Origin: Chiloscyllium plagiosum | Taxonomy: Eukaryota | Reading direction: 5' to 3' | Assembly: GCF_004010195.1 (NCBI RefSeq) | Contig: NC_057718.1 | Coordinates: 21,123,612-21,187,611 of the forward strand | DNA length: 64,000 nt | Notes under the pieces: model-generated | What the model saw: the letters and a program-made list of their open reading frames with translations, nothing else | What the model was told of the DNA's origin: nothing | Databases searched by the model: none | In this document: positions 12,598-24,830 of the stretch, piece by piece | Numbering within the stretch: position 1 is the stretch's first letter | Layout: each line of letters begins with the position of its first letter | Made by a program: the position numbers and the translations under genes

Positions 12598-12931
12598 CTA
12601 AAAAGGGAAAAATGGGTGTTCTGGGTAAAAGAGGTGGCAAACCTTTGGGTACAGGGTTGACAAGGATGGATTACACACTATTGAAGAGAAGGTGAAGGCC
12701 ATAAAAATAGCTGTGTCTAAGGAACACAACAGAATAAAGTCTCTTCTAGGTCTCATAAATTACTATGTGAAATTCATATCCAGGCTATAGCTTGCATCAC
12801 TCCATGTCCTGCTAAAAAAAATCATAAATGGTTGTGGCAAATACCACAAGTGGAAGTCTTTGCAATCATCAAACAACTACTGTCAACAAATATATGAACC
12901 CATTATGACCCCCAAGACCACACGGTGTTAC

Positions 12932-13014
12932 TTGTTACTGACTGGACCAGACCCCTCAAAATATTTAATATAAACTAGATCCTAACTTTTACTTATTTTA
13001 AAGGCAACTGTAAA
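12932..13014 (-). mobile_element. Truncated terminal fragment of the same LTR family as 10105-10741, in opposite orientation
   Basis: tgttactgactggaccagacccctcaaaatatt...gatcctaactttt is the reverse complement of the 10660-10740 end. Confidence 0.7.
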
Positions 13015-13386
13015 GTGCTCTCCCCATGAGATAGGGGTGGTATTATAGCACCATTGGGATGTTGGGAACAAGCATCAAATCACATTTGCATCATTAACCT
13101 TGGTAGAGCCAGAAAGAAAGTAAGTACGCCCAGATCGGGAAAGAAGGTATTCACAGTGAAAAAGTTCCACCAGCATATCCATGGTCAGCATTTCACCATA
13201 GGAACTGATCATAAACCTCTGCCGGGCCTCTTCAAAGAAGGAAAGGCAATTCCTCCTATCACTTCAGCTCAGATCTTGTGCTGGACACTGCTATTTGGTA
13301 CCTATGAGTAAACATACCTTGAAATATCAACCAGTGAGACAAACAACTAATGCAAATGCCTTGAGCTGCCTGACACTACTGACCAG

Positions 13387-13521
13387 GCAAAAGTGAGGAC
13401 TGTGGATGCTGGAGATTAGAGTCAAGAGTGTGGTGCTGGAAAAGCACAACAGGTTAGGCAGCATCTGAGGAGCGGGAGAGTTGATGTTTCGACAAAAGCC
13501 CTTCATTAGGAATGAGGCTCT
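13387..13521 (-). mobile_element. Short Penelope-like terminal-repeat element with degenerate hammerhead, 16-bp TSD
   Basis: Same family as 12199. TSD tgacactactgaccag (13371-13386) / tgacactattgaccag (13522-13537). Confidence 0.85.
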
Positions 13522-14812
13522 TGACACTATTGACCAGCCTATCTTCATCTCTGAAAATGGATGAGGTCACCATCACTTCAAACTTCATGGACACTGTACC
13601 ATTATCTACCAAGCAAATCCAGACCTGACCCGAAAGGACTGTACGTTGCTGAAACTATGCCATATCATCGTAAATGGTGGACCACAAGTACTACAGAACA
13701 GCTGAAACCCTATACTTCAAAATATCAACAGTTGAGCACAGAAGATGGCATTATCTGTGGGAAGCTTGGGTGGCTGTCTCACATCCACGCCAGCGATCAA
13801 TACTTCCAGAATTGCACAATGGCCACCCTGGAATTTCTAAAATGAAAATGCTCGCAAGGACACAGATATCTCAAACTGGTCAAGTGATGCAAAACCTGCC
13901 AAGAAAACCAGAATGCCCCACAAGCAGCCTCATGTTACCCTGGGAATGGCCAGGGAAATTCTGGGTGTAAGTATATGCAGAGTTTACAGAACCACTTATG
14001 GGCTTTATGTTCTTAATCCTTATCAACGCTAATTCAAAATGAATCAACATGCATCAAATGGCCTCTATTACATCTTAAAACTCCACCAATGCTTTAGTAC
14101 ATATGGTATACTCAATGTGCTTGGAACAAACAATGGGACCCCATTTACAAGTGGGGAGTTTATGAAGATAAATGGAGTGAGGCAACATCTGAATGGCACC
14201 CTAGCAAATGGTTTGGCTGAGCAGCATTTCAGGTATTCAAAAGGAGCATGAGAAAGCAAACTACAGGTTCTTTTGACATGAAGCTTGCATTTTTCCTCTT
14301 CAACTATAAGACAATGCTGCATATAATCATAGGAGTAGTCCCTATATGAATTGATGGGCTGATGGCTTCGGACCAGGGTTAGCCTGACTTTCCCAAACAT
14401 GGTGGCGAGATTTAATTGAAGCAAGAACACCAAAATAAAGGTCCCAATGGGCAAAGATCATATGGATTTTAAACTGGGAGATATCAAATAGGGAACTTTG
14501 GTTATGGCTCTCCATGGATTCTAGGAGTAATCCTTAAAAAAAGGGGTGGGACTCAAAGCATGTACAGTTAAAACTGGGGAGAAGATAGCAGGAACCTTCC
14601 ACAAATGCAACTGTTTTGACAGACATGCCATCATCAGCAACCTCCTCACCAACTTCTGGACAGGAAACTCCACCCATTAAAAGCTTGAGAGCCAGCCCTG
14701 AGGACTATAAGAACTCGGAACTCGGCTCAGTGGTTAATGCTCCTGCCTTGTGGCACCAGGGAGCTGGGTTCGATTCCAGTCTTGAGCAACTGTCAAAAAA
14801 AAGTAGACCCAA

Positions 14813-14922
14813 TAGGCCCTCCTGTTGCACAGTGGGACAACACCTACCTCTTTTCCAGAAGGCCCAGATTCAAATACCACCTACTCCAGAGGTGGGTAGT
14901 AACAACTCTGAACAGGTTGAAA
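14813..14922 (+). mobile_element. Short tRNA-derived SINE-like element (same family as 823-1237)
   Basis: ggccctcctgttgcacagtgg..agattcaaatacc..ctccagag..gaacaggttga. Confidence 0.65.
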
Positions 14923-16424
14923 CAAAACGAGGTTAAATCTTTAAAAACATAGACCCAGTTGCCCTTAACGGGCTTTGCTTTAAAATATGTAACTGGCTAC
15001 ATGGGTGATTATTGGTGGTAGTTAAAGTGAAAAACAGAAAAAAACCCAGCAATTTTGGAGATGGGAAAGTCTTTTAGTTGTGCATAACAACACTTCTGGG
15101 TATTTAAAAAAAAAGCAGACCCAGTTGTCCTTAAAGGGTTTTGCTTGTAAATATCAAAGTGGCTAAACAGATGTTTTACTGGTGCCAGTTACTTGTTTTA
15201 AAAAAAACACACAAAAAAATCACTATTTGGTGGGGTGGGGGCGGGGTGGGTGTGTGGTTTGCTCAGTTGTGTGTGATAGCACTTCTGCATATCAAAACCA
15301 AAATAAAGCACACCCAATTTTCTTGTGTTTTTGTTTGCACTTCATCCCTATGCTCCTGATCTTTGGACATCTGGTCCGGAGAGGGCATGGGTGATCAGAG
15401 GACCTCCTCATGGGTCTGATCATAGGTCTGACCAGGCTGGCCAGAAATAGGTCCAAGCAGCATGCTGTGGACGGGGTCGTATCTGCTGACTGTCTGCCTA
15501 TCTTCCACAGTTATGTTCATGCTATATGGTGACAGGTAACAGTTAAAAAGAAAATTAAATTTTAAGTAGCAGATCCAGGTCATGGTGATTTGGTGTTCAA
15601 TTATCGTGATAACAATACAGGATATATTTTTTAAAAAGCAGACCCAGAGACTTTGATAACATACAGACATGATTTATTGATTGACATTTATGTAGCCTGA
15701 ATATTACCTGACAGTGGCCACCTTCAAAAAAGGGAAAGGAAACAACCTTTCCAGCCAAGTGTTCCTCTACAAGTGTGAAGAATCAATACTAATATACAGT
15801 ACAGGGAAAACATATCTTCAAAAAAACACTGTAAACATGTTGAGCACTTCCTATATCTTAATAACCACTTCTCTCAAAAGGCCATGATTGACACACAGAT
15901 CCAACACCAGATAAACTGTGCTATTTAATCTTCTATCATCAATGGATCGCAGTGTGTCATGTCTCACAGTTCATGTGCAATGTGGCTTTAGGAGACATGC
16001 TCACAATATCATCACTGAAACCTGAGGAAGGTCTCAGACACCTCCTTTACTGGATCACATGAAGGATGACATGCTGATCAAAGTGTGCTACTATTCATAA
16101 CTGAACAGCTTAATATTAGACTGAAGTGTCTGCTACTGTAATTATGTACAAAGCAAAAGCTGCAATAAATGTTGAATCTTTCAATACTACATTACCCAAG
16201 TCTCACATCATGGGAGCTAAGTGAATTACTGTGGCATCAGAAAATGTACCTGCTGGAGGCAAATGCCCACACTGTAGTGCAGACGAGTAAATGTTTGACA
16301 CGGCAGACTTCCACAAGTCATCAAAACATCTGGAGTACAAAATAACTGATGTCACCACATTCCTGTACTGCAGTGAGATCTGAATTTTGCATTTGCAACA
16401 CACAATACAGAGAAATTCGATCAG

Positions 16425-16720
16425 CAATGCAGTGGCTCAGTGGTTACCAGGGAGCTCTCTCAGGTGCACCAGGGAACTCTCTCAGGTGACTATGTGAAGT
16501 TTGCACATCCTCCCTGTGTTTGCATGGGTTTCCTCCAGGTGCTCCTGTTTCCTCCCACAGTCACAAAGATGTGCAGGCCAGGTGAATTGGCTATGCTAAA
16601 TTACCCATAGTGTTAGGTGCGCTAGTCCAAGGGAAATGGGTCTAGGTGGGTTACTCTTCGGAGAGTCGGTATGGATGTATTGGACCAAATGGCCTGTTTC
16701 CACACTAAGGAATCTAATTT
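16425..16720 (+). mobile_element. HE1-type V-SINE with a small internal tandem duplication in the head
   Basis: gtggctcagtggtta head, V domain, aatctaa tail; accagggagctctctcaggtg is repeated at about 16446-16488. Confidence 0.85.
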
Positions 16721-16925
16721 TCACTGTATTCGCTGGGATTGGATAAACCCTCTCAGCATTTATCTTGTCAAACCAAGTACAGGAGCAGGGATGCTGTATT
16801 GCAATTGTACAGGAAATCTCACAGAAACTACAAAGTTCTAACAGGATTAGACAGGATAAACGCAGGAAGAATATTCCAGATGACCAGGGCACATATAATA
16901 ACCAGGGGTCACAGTTTTTTTTATA

Positions 16926-18130
16926 CAGAGAAATCTCGATTAACAGAACAAAACGGGCAGGTACTATTTTGTTCGGATAATTGATTATTTGGTTAATTGA
17001 GTCAATGCCTTTTCACTGAGGCTCGGAGTTTGCGGTTAAGTCCACTCCCCATTCAGGAGACGAGGCAATAGCACAGTGCACATGAGCGCCAGGCCCTCCA
17101 AACCCCGCCCCCAGTCTGCCCCCAAACCCACCCCCTCCAGTACACCTTCCATCCAACACCGCCCCCTCACCCGTCCCCCCAACCCCCACANNNNNNNNNN
17201 NNNNNNNNNNNNNNNNNNNNNNNNNNNNNNNNNNNNNNNNNNNNNNNNNNNNNNNNNNNNNNNNNNNNNNNNNNNNNNNNNNNNNNNNNNNNNNNNNNNN
17301 NNNNNNNNNNNNNNNNNNNNNNNNNNNNNNNNNNNNNNNNNNNNNNNNNNNNNNNNNNNNNNNNNNNNNNNNNNNNNNNNNNNNNNNNNNNNNNNNNNNN
17401 NNNNNNNNNNNNNNNNNNNNNNNNNNNNNNNNNNNNNNNNNNNNNNNNNNNNNNNNNNNNNNNNNNNNNNNNNNNNNNNNNNNNNNNNNNNNNNNNNNNN
17501 NNNNNNNNNNNNNNNNNNNNNNNNNNNNNNNNNNNNNNNNNNNNNNNNNNNNNNNNNNNNNNNNNNNNNNNNNNNNNNNNNNNNNNNNNNNNNNNNNNNN
17601 NNNNNNNNNNNNNNNNNNNNNNNNNNNNNNNNNNNNNNCCCAACCCTGTCCAACACCACCCAACCCTGCCCCCTGCCTGCTGCCCCCCCCACCCCCAATG
17701 CACCCTCACCCCCTCTCCAGGGCAGCCGCACTGGACATCAACAATACTGCTGCTTCTGCCTTTTGAGGGGAAGAGTGTCCACAACACACACACCTTCTTG
17801 ACAGGTTCCACCTTTGCCCTGTACAGGACAACGTTGGAGAGATTATCTGGGAAAGGAGGGTTTAGGGTATACGCCTGTGTAGAACTCCAGGGAAAGTGTG
17901 GGGGGAGAGAGAGGGAAGGTGATCAGTCATTTGGAAATGGTACCTGGGCTCCCATCAGTCCAGGACTGTTCTCGACAGTATTTCAGGTAGCTGAGTTCAC
18001 TATTAATCACTGTAATCAAAAGATGCGATCAGTGTTGAAAACATGTCTTTGATGTAATGTTTCTATCGGGATCTCCTTCGGATAATCCGATATTCAGACA
18101 ATTGATATTTGCATAATCGAGGTTCCTCTG
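16926..18130. mobile_element. Non-autonomous Tc1/mariner-superfamily (Tigger/pogo-like) DNA transposon with TA TSD; contains an assembly gap
   Basis: TA|CAGAGAAATCTCGATTA ... TAATCGAGGTTCCTCTG|TA; 15 of 17 terminal bases form an inverted repeat. Confidence 0.85.
17191..17638. other. Assembly gap
   Basis: Run of N flanked by C-rich low-complexity sequence. Confidence 1.
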
Positions 18131-18625
18131 TATTGGTAGGCCATTTAGGATTGAGATGAGGAGTAATTTCTTTACCCAGACAGCGACATGCCTTCGGAAT
18201 TCTCGGCCACAGAAGCAGTTGAGGCTAAAACATTGAATTTTTCAAGGAGTTTAGATATAGTTCTTAGAAACTAAAGGGATCAAAAGGTATGGAGAGAAAG
18301 CAGGAACAGAATACCAAGTTGGCTGATCAGCCATAATCAGAATAACAGTACAAGCTCAAAAGATCGAATGGACCATGCCTGCTCCTGTTTTCTAGGTCTC
18401 TAGGTAATGGTCTCTGCTATCAAGTCATCATTTAGTTAATAAAACATCATGGGTGTCACTTGGTTAGAAAGTCACATGGCCAAGTTTCCAGGAAAGCCTC
18501 CAGAACTGGCAACCCTACTAAAGGCATACTGCACAATGTAGATTCAAGAAATTTTGCATAACAGCAACTGCCACATTGGTGTGCTGGTTCTGAAAATGTC
18601 TCACATGCATGTGTATGTACCATCT

Positions 18626-18910
18626 AGTGGTCACAGTCTAAGAATAAGGGGTAAGCCATTCAGGAATAAGATGAGGAAGAATTTTTTCACTCAGAGTTGT
18701 GAACCCATGGAATTGTCTAACATAGACAGCTACTGGGATCAATTTGTTAGATATATTCAATCGGAAGCTGGCCCTTGAGGCAAAAGGGATAAAGTAGTAT
18801 GCAGAGAAAGCTGGAGTGGGACACTGAGATTGCATGATCAGCCATGAATGGTGGTGCAGGTTCCAAGGGCTGAGTGGCCTACGCCAGCACTTATTTTCCA
18901 TGTTTCTATG
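18626..18910 (+). mobile_element. CR1 3' fragment
   Basis: GHSLRIRGKPFRNKMRKNFFTQ C-terminus followed by a CR1 3' UTR ending tttctatg. Confidence 0.8.
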
Positions 18911-19974
18911 AACACAAACTCAAAGTTTGAGGTATTGTCAGGTTTTTTTCTGTCTTGAGCTTTAAAAAATTGGCAACACCATAACTGCATTAACAAGAGA
19001 TTTTATTCAAACTTAACATAATGAAGATGTATACCAGAACCACTAACATAAAGGTGCTTTTAAAAGAATTCACTGCCAAATATATCAGATGTAGGTTGGA
19101 TTACCAAGAATTAAATTCTATGTTTCTCTGATGTATGATGTAACTATTTGTTGGAGCTTCCGAAAAGACTATACACAAGCGATTGAACATTCTATTATTC
19201 TGCATGTGACTAGAGAATGAAAATTACATTAATTACAACTACAGCTTTACCCACTGGAGACTTTCTTCACTTGAAATTGCTTTCTATCTCTGAGTTCCTT
19301 TCACTATATCTTGATTGAATCCCCCTTAATTTGTACATTTCTAAAGAGACACTAAGAAAATGGTTGGTTGGTCTTTCAAACAGAGATTTTTTTTATATTG
19401 GCACATTGCTGAAAAAAAAATTAGGATCCTGCAGAGTTTAATTCTTGGTTGATAGAGGGCTGATATATATCATGTGAGACAATCAACATGGATTATTGCC
19501 ACAGTTCAAGCAATGTAGAAGCTCATCACCACATTTCAAGGACAGGCATGATAGACATTAGATGCCAGCCCTAATGTTGTGACATCAACATCACAAGACA
19601 GATTTTAGAATAGAAGTCAGAAAGATTACAGTATGGAAGGAGGCCAGCTGCTTATTATATTTGTGGCAGCGTAAATTGTTCAACTGACATTATCAACTTG
19701 AACCCATCTCTTCAACCTTTCTCCTAACTTTTTATGTTATTTATTGTCAAAAGTCCCCTTTAAATTTATTACATTTTCACCTGCAACTGGTAAAATACTC
19801 CAAATTCTAGTAATCCTTATCATTTTGTTCAACCAATGCTCATAACTTGAATTAACAATTTAAACAATGGAATCTAAATCTCAATTTCTGTTGACCAATG
19901 GCCTTCTAAGCTGCATGGTCACATGGCCAAGTCAGCCTCTTGGGAGGAGAAAATTGACCTCTGCTTCTGGAAGT

Positions 19975-21125
19975 TGCTACCTTGCATGAACCACAGAAGT
20001 CCGGGTAGCAACAAAATTTACATGGAACGTGGTTGTTGACAAAATCTTTTGGGTTGCAAGGAGGGACGTGACGTAAATAGTCAACTCTGAGGAGGACTGC
20101 AACAAATTACAGAAGGTCAAATTATACAGAATGGGCAAATAAAGCACAACACATGAATCTGAAATAATATATTTTGACACAAAGAATAATGAAGTCACTT
20201 ACTACTTAGCAAGTACAGAGGTAAAGCAGAGGAAAAAACGGATCTCTCGGGACATACACACCAATCACTTGAAAGTTGCACCATAATTCAGCAACACCAC
20301 TCTTTAAACAAAGCAGCAAAAAGCTTTAAGACTATACATCTAGAATTGAAAAGTTGGGAAGTTATGATGAATCCATGCTGAACTCTTGGTTAAACCATGC
20401 TAACAATGCAACATGCACTCCGAGTCACCGTACCATAAAAAGGGTTATAAAGGCACAGGTCAGAAAACAGAAAAAAAATTACAAGGATGATAAAAATATA
20501 CGCGTACATATATTTTTAAAAAGAGAGATTGAGAGCTGGTAATAAATCTGTAGAACTCTGCCACAGAAGGCTATGGAGGCCAAGTCACTGAATGTCTTTA
20601 AGACAGACAGGTAGATTCTTGATTAGTAAGGGGATCAAATGTTATGGGATGAGGCAGGAGAATAGGGGTGAAAGAAATATCAGCCCCAACTGAATGGTGG
20701 AGCAGCCTTGATGGGCTGAATGGTCTAATTCTGCTCCGACATTTTATTGTCTTATGGGTCTCTTTTCTCTGGAACAAAAAAGTGAGGGGTGACCTTATAG
20801 GGGTCCTTAAAAATTATGGAAGATTTTGACTGAATGTGGAAACTATAGCTCTAGATGTCAATATGAGACAGTCACCAAGAAATCCAATAGAGAATTCATA
20901 AAAAGCTTTTGTTTTTAAATCCAAATGGGTGACGTGTGCTACCACAGGGAGTGCTGACGTGAACAGTATTGATTCATTTAAGGGGAAGTCAGACAAGCAA
21001 CTGAAAAGGGAATAGATGACTATGATGTAGCGTTTAGACGAGAAAAGGAAGAGATGGCTCAGTGCAGCACAACCCTTGGATTTGTCGGGCCAAATGGCCT
21101 GTTTCTGTGCATATATCCCATGTAT
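19975..21125 (+). mobile_element. Old decayed CR1 ORF2/3' UTR with a younger CR1 3' piece nested at ~20530-20760
   Basis: EEDCNKLQ-like RT remnant, (L)RGDLI.V.KIM motif near 20785, and two CR1 3' tails. Confidence 0.65.
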
Positions 21126-21770
21126 CTATTTACCTTTTGGCTTGTGAAGATTTTGATTTAATATTTTGATTTTGCTAATTCATCACATGGAAACAATCTT
21201 GCAAATTATATCTTGGTTTAAATGTTCCTTTTTATTTAAAAATCATTGTGTTTGAAATTTTGCTTTGTCAATAAAACCATAAATTATAGCATCCTAGCAA
21301 ATCTTTACTATATATTTCCCACAGTATAACACTCGAAGAACTGCATGGGATGTTTCACTTGCAGCCTGACAGTTTGTACAAACTGTTTTTATATTCAATA
21401 CGGCCACATATCAAAAGCATATTGGTCTTTTCATGATCTTTTTTCACACCTGCTTTCCTATCTTTGAAGGAAATATATACTCTCTCCTAGACCTTCCTGT
21501 TCATTCGATTGTCTATCCTACTTGGGGTGAATTGCCTTTTGCTGTTCTTTTGAATTGCAGCCAAACTAACAGGAACTTTTGACTGAACGGATATAGAGAT
21601 TTTCTATTAGTAATCTTCAACAGTGCGATTTTCTATAGTGTGAGGTTGCAGAGGAACACAACTGTCACATTACAGTAGAACAACCTGAATGTACAATGCT
21701 CAAATGGGTAAAAGCTGGAAATGTGTTGCTGGAAAAGCGCAGCAGGTCAGGCAGCATCCAGGGAACAGGA

Positions 21771-21808
21771 GAATCGACGTTTCAGGCATAAGCCCTTCTT
21801 CAGGAATG
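21771..21808 (-). ncRNA. Minimal type I hammerhead ribozyme motif (opposite arm of the same PLE)
   Basis: Reverse complement reads cauucCUGAAGAAGGGCuuauGCCUGAAACGUCgauuc (G-U pair at the base of stem II). Confidence 0.75.
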
Positions 21809-21945
21809 GGGAAAGTTTGTCCAGCAGGCTAAGATAAAAGGTAGGGAGGAGGGACTTGGGGGAGGGGCGTCGGAAATGTGATAGGTGGAAAGAGGTCAAG
21901 GTGAGGGTGATAGGTCAGACGGGGGTGGGGGCGGAGAGGTCGGGA

Positions 21946-22325
21946 NNNNNNNNNNNNNNNNNNNNNNNNNNNNNNNNNNNNNNNNNNNNNNNNNNNNNNN
22001 NNNNNNNNNNNNNNNNNNNNNNNNNNNNNNNNNNNNNNNNNNNNNNNNNNNNNNNNNNNNNNNNNNNNNNNNNNNNNNNNNNNNNNNNNNNNNNNNNNNN
22101 NNNNNNNNNNNNNNNNNNNNNNNNNNNNNNNNNNNNNNNNNNNNNNNNNNNNNNNNNNNNNNNNNNNNNNNNNNNNNNNNNNNNNNNNNNNNNNNNNNNN
22201 NNNNNNNNNNNNNNNNNNNNNNNNNNNNNNNNNNNNNNNNNNNNNNNNNNNNNNNNNNNNNNNNNNNNNNNNNNNNNNNNNNNNNNNNNNNNNNNNNNNN
22301 NNNNNNNNNNNNNNNNNNNNNNNNN
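21946..22325. other. Assembly gap
   Basis: Run of N inside the PLE. Confidence 1.
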
Positions 22326-22815
22326 TGACGGCGGATGATGCTCTGTACATGGAGATTGGTGGGGTGGTAGGTGAGGACCAGTGGGGTTTTGTCCTGGTGG
22401 CGGTTGGAGGGGCGGGGCTCAAGGGCGGAGGAGCGGGAAGTGGAAGAGATGCGGTGGAGGGCATCGTCGACCACGTCGGGGGGGAAATTGCGGTCCTTGA
22501 AGAAGGAGGCCATCTGGGTTGTGCGTTTTTGGAACTGGTCCTCCTGGGAGCAGATGCGGCGGAGTCGAAGGAATTGGGAGAATGGGATGGCGTTTTTACA
22601 GGGGGCAGGATGGGAGGAGGTGTAGTCCAGGTAGCTGTGTGAGTCGGTCGGTTTGTAGTAGATGTCAGTGTTGATTCGGTCGCCTGAGATAGAAATAGAA
22701 ATAGTCTGACCTATCACCCTCACCTTGACCTCTTTCCACCTATCACATTTCTGACGCCCCTCCCCCAAGTCCCTCCTCCCTACCTTTTATCTTAGCCTGC
22801 TGGACAAACTTTCCC

Positions 22816-22853
22816 CATTCCTGAAGAAGGGCTTATGCCCGAAACGTCGATTC
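22816..22853 (+). ncRNA. Minimal type I hammerhead ribozyme motif in PLE terminal repeat
   Basis: cauuc-CUGAAGA-A-GGGC(uuau)GCCC-GAAAC-GUC-gauuc: catalytic core, 4-bp stem II, palindromic ACGU in place of stem III, GUC cleavage triplet. Confidence 0.8.
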
Positions 22854-23049
22854 TCCTGTTCCCTGGATGCTGCCTGACCTGCTGCGCTTTTCCAGCAACA
22901 TATTTCCAGCTCTGATCTCCAGCATCTGCAGACCTCACTTTCTCCTCAAATGGGTAAAAGTCAATTTAATATATTGCTGTTGTGAAACAGGTAGAACTTA
23001 GCAAGCAACCAATGAAGGGCATAAGACAGCTCCTCACTAAAGATGTTTG

Positions 23050-24190
23050 GTTTGTCTTGGTGAGGGAACCTGGACTTTTATTGCCTGTCCCCAGTTGCCC
23101 ACGAGAAGGTGCTGGTGAGTTGCCTTTTTTGCCCACTGCAGACCATCTGCTTTACGTTGACTCACAATGCCTTGAGGGATGGGATTCCAGGACTTTGACC
23201 CAGCAATAGTGAAGGAACAGTGATACATTTCCAAGTCAGAATGGTGAGTGGCTTGGAGACAAAGTTTCAAGTGGTGGTGTTCCCATGTATCTTCTACCAT
23301 TTTTCTTCTCGATGGAAGTGATTGTGGATTTATGGGGGGTACTAAGGAGCCTTGAAGAATTCTTCCAGTGCATATTGTAGGTACTACACATTGCTGCTTG
23401 TGAGCATAGGTGGTGAAGGGAGTCGATGCAGTCCAAATTAAGCAGGTAGCTTTGTCCTGGATGTGTCAAACATCTTCAATGTTGTTGGAGTGTACCCATC
23501 CAGGAAAGTAGACAGAATTTCATCACACTCCTGATTTGTGCCTTGTAATGATGGACAGGGTTTGGGGAATCAGGTTGTGAGTTACTCGTCACAGTATTCC
23601 TACTTTCTGACATGCTTTTACAGCCACTTTGCTTATGTGGCAATTCTAGTTGAATGTCTGATCAATGATAACACCCAGGAAGTTGATAATGGGGGATTTA
23701 GTAATGGCGACAGCACTGAATGATAAATGCAGTGGTTAGATTGTCTGTTATTAGAGATAGCCATTGCCTGGCATTTGTCTGGCACAAATGTTGCTTGCCA
23801 CATGTCAGCCCAAGACTGGATGTTGTCCAGGTCTTGTTGCATCTGCACATGAACTGCTTCAATATTAGAGAAGTCGCGAATGGTGCTGAACATTGTGCAA
23901 TTAATGGTGAACATCTGCCCTTCTAATAAAGGGAAGGTCATTGGTGAAGCAGCTTGGGACTGGAACACTGTCCTGAGGACCTCCTACAAAGATATCCTAG
24001 AGCTGAGGTGACTGACCTCCAACAACCACAACCAATTTTCTATGTGCCACATATGACTCCAACCACCAGAGAGTTTGCTACCTGATACACACTAATCCCA
24101 GTTTTGCTAGGATCGTTAATGTCACATCAATTGAATGCAGCCTTAATGTCAAGGGCGGTCATTCTCATCTCACCTCTGGAATTCAGCTCT
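23050..24190 (-). mobile_element. Decayed CR1/L2-group LINE 3' part (family with gggcaataaatgctgg 3' end)
   Basis: ORF 23633-23968 QMQQDLDNIQSWADMWQATFVPDKCQAM; shares its 3' UTR with 24490-24830, 41285-41548 and 44430-44970. Confidence 0.75.
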
Positions 24191-24489
24191 TGAGGAAATA
24201 TATAAATGTCTTTGAGAGGATGCACTGATTCACCAGAATGATTCCAAGGATGAGCAATTTTAATTCCAATCTCTAGGTTGGAGAAATTACGTTACTTCTC
24301 AGTGCAGCTAAGGAAATTAAGGAGAGGTATGACAAAGGTGTGCAAATTGCAACAGGTTTAGAAGGAGGAGGATAAAGAATAGTTATTCCCTTTAGTTGAT
24401 AGATCTATGACTTTAGTGCATGTACAAAGATCTTTTGGGCAAAAGAACTGGAGGCTATGAAATGTACAATTCAGGTAGATACATCATGA

Positions 24490-24830
24490 ATACGCATTCT
24501 TCCACTACAGATACTCAGTAGGAACAGTATGTACCATCTACAAGATGCCCTGTAACAATTCACTGAGACTCCTTAGACACACAACATATAGAAACATCAC
24601 TACCTGCAAATTCTCCTGCAAGCTAATCATCAACCTGACTGGAAATACATCACTATTCCTCCAGTGCTGCTGAATCAAAATCCTGGAATTCCCTTCTTAA
24701 TGGCACTATGGGTGCACATAGACCAAATGGACTGCAGTGTTTCAAGAAAGCAGCTCACCCCCACCTTTTCAAGGACAACCAAGGATGGGCAATAACTATT
24801 GACTGTCAGCAACACCCACATTAAAAAAAA
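24490..24830 (+). mobile_element. 3' end of the same CR1/L2-group LINE family
   Basis: aaaatcctggaattccc..ggactgcagtg.ttcaagaa.gcagctcacc..ggatgggcaataa..cccaca followed by poly(A). Confidence 0.75.

Larger units (their letters stand above)
12598..14600 (+). mobile_element. Gypsy pol RT C-terminus, RNase H and integrase (pseudogenised)
   Basis: KSLLGLINYY, VKKFHQHIHGQHFTIGTDHKPL (RNase H), ELHNGHPGISKMKMLAR (integrase HHCC region), TNNGTPFTSGEF (integrase core). Confidence 0.88.
16750..18400 (+). mobile_element. CR1 3' fragment split by a DNA transposon
   Basis: accaggggtcacag (to ~16915) joins ggtaggccatttagga.tgagatgagg (from 18133), which are contiguous in other CR1 copies such as 18626-18680. 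Confidence 0.8.
21715..22944 (-). mobile_element. Penelope-like retroelement, 5'-truncated, with inverted terminal repeats and 16-bp TSD; contains a gap
   Basis: Minus ORF reads TDIYYKPTDSHSYLDYTSSHPAPCKNAIPFSQFLRLRRICS (PLE RT thumb region). 21715-21920 and 22705-22910 are inverted copies. TSD ctcaaatgggtaaaag at 21699-21714 and 22945-22960. Confidence 0.92.

Noticed and set aside
17013..17811. Long ORFs of 200-470 aa here and at 21829-22768, 27820-29223 and 50501-51341
   Set aside because: Their length comes from N runs; the readable parts are low-complexity or TE-derived.
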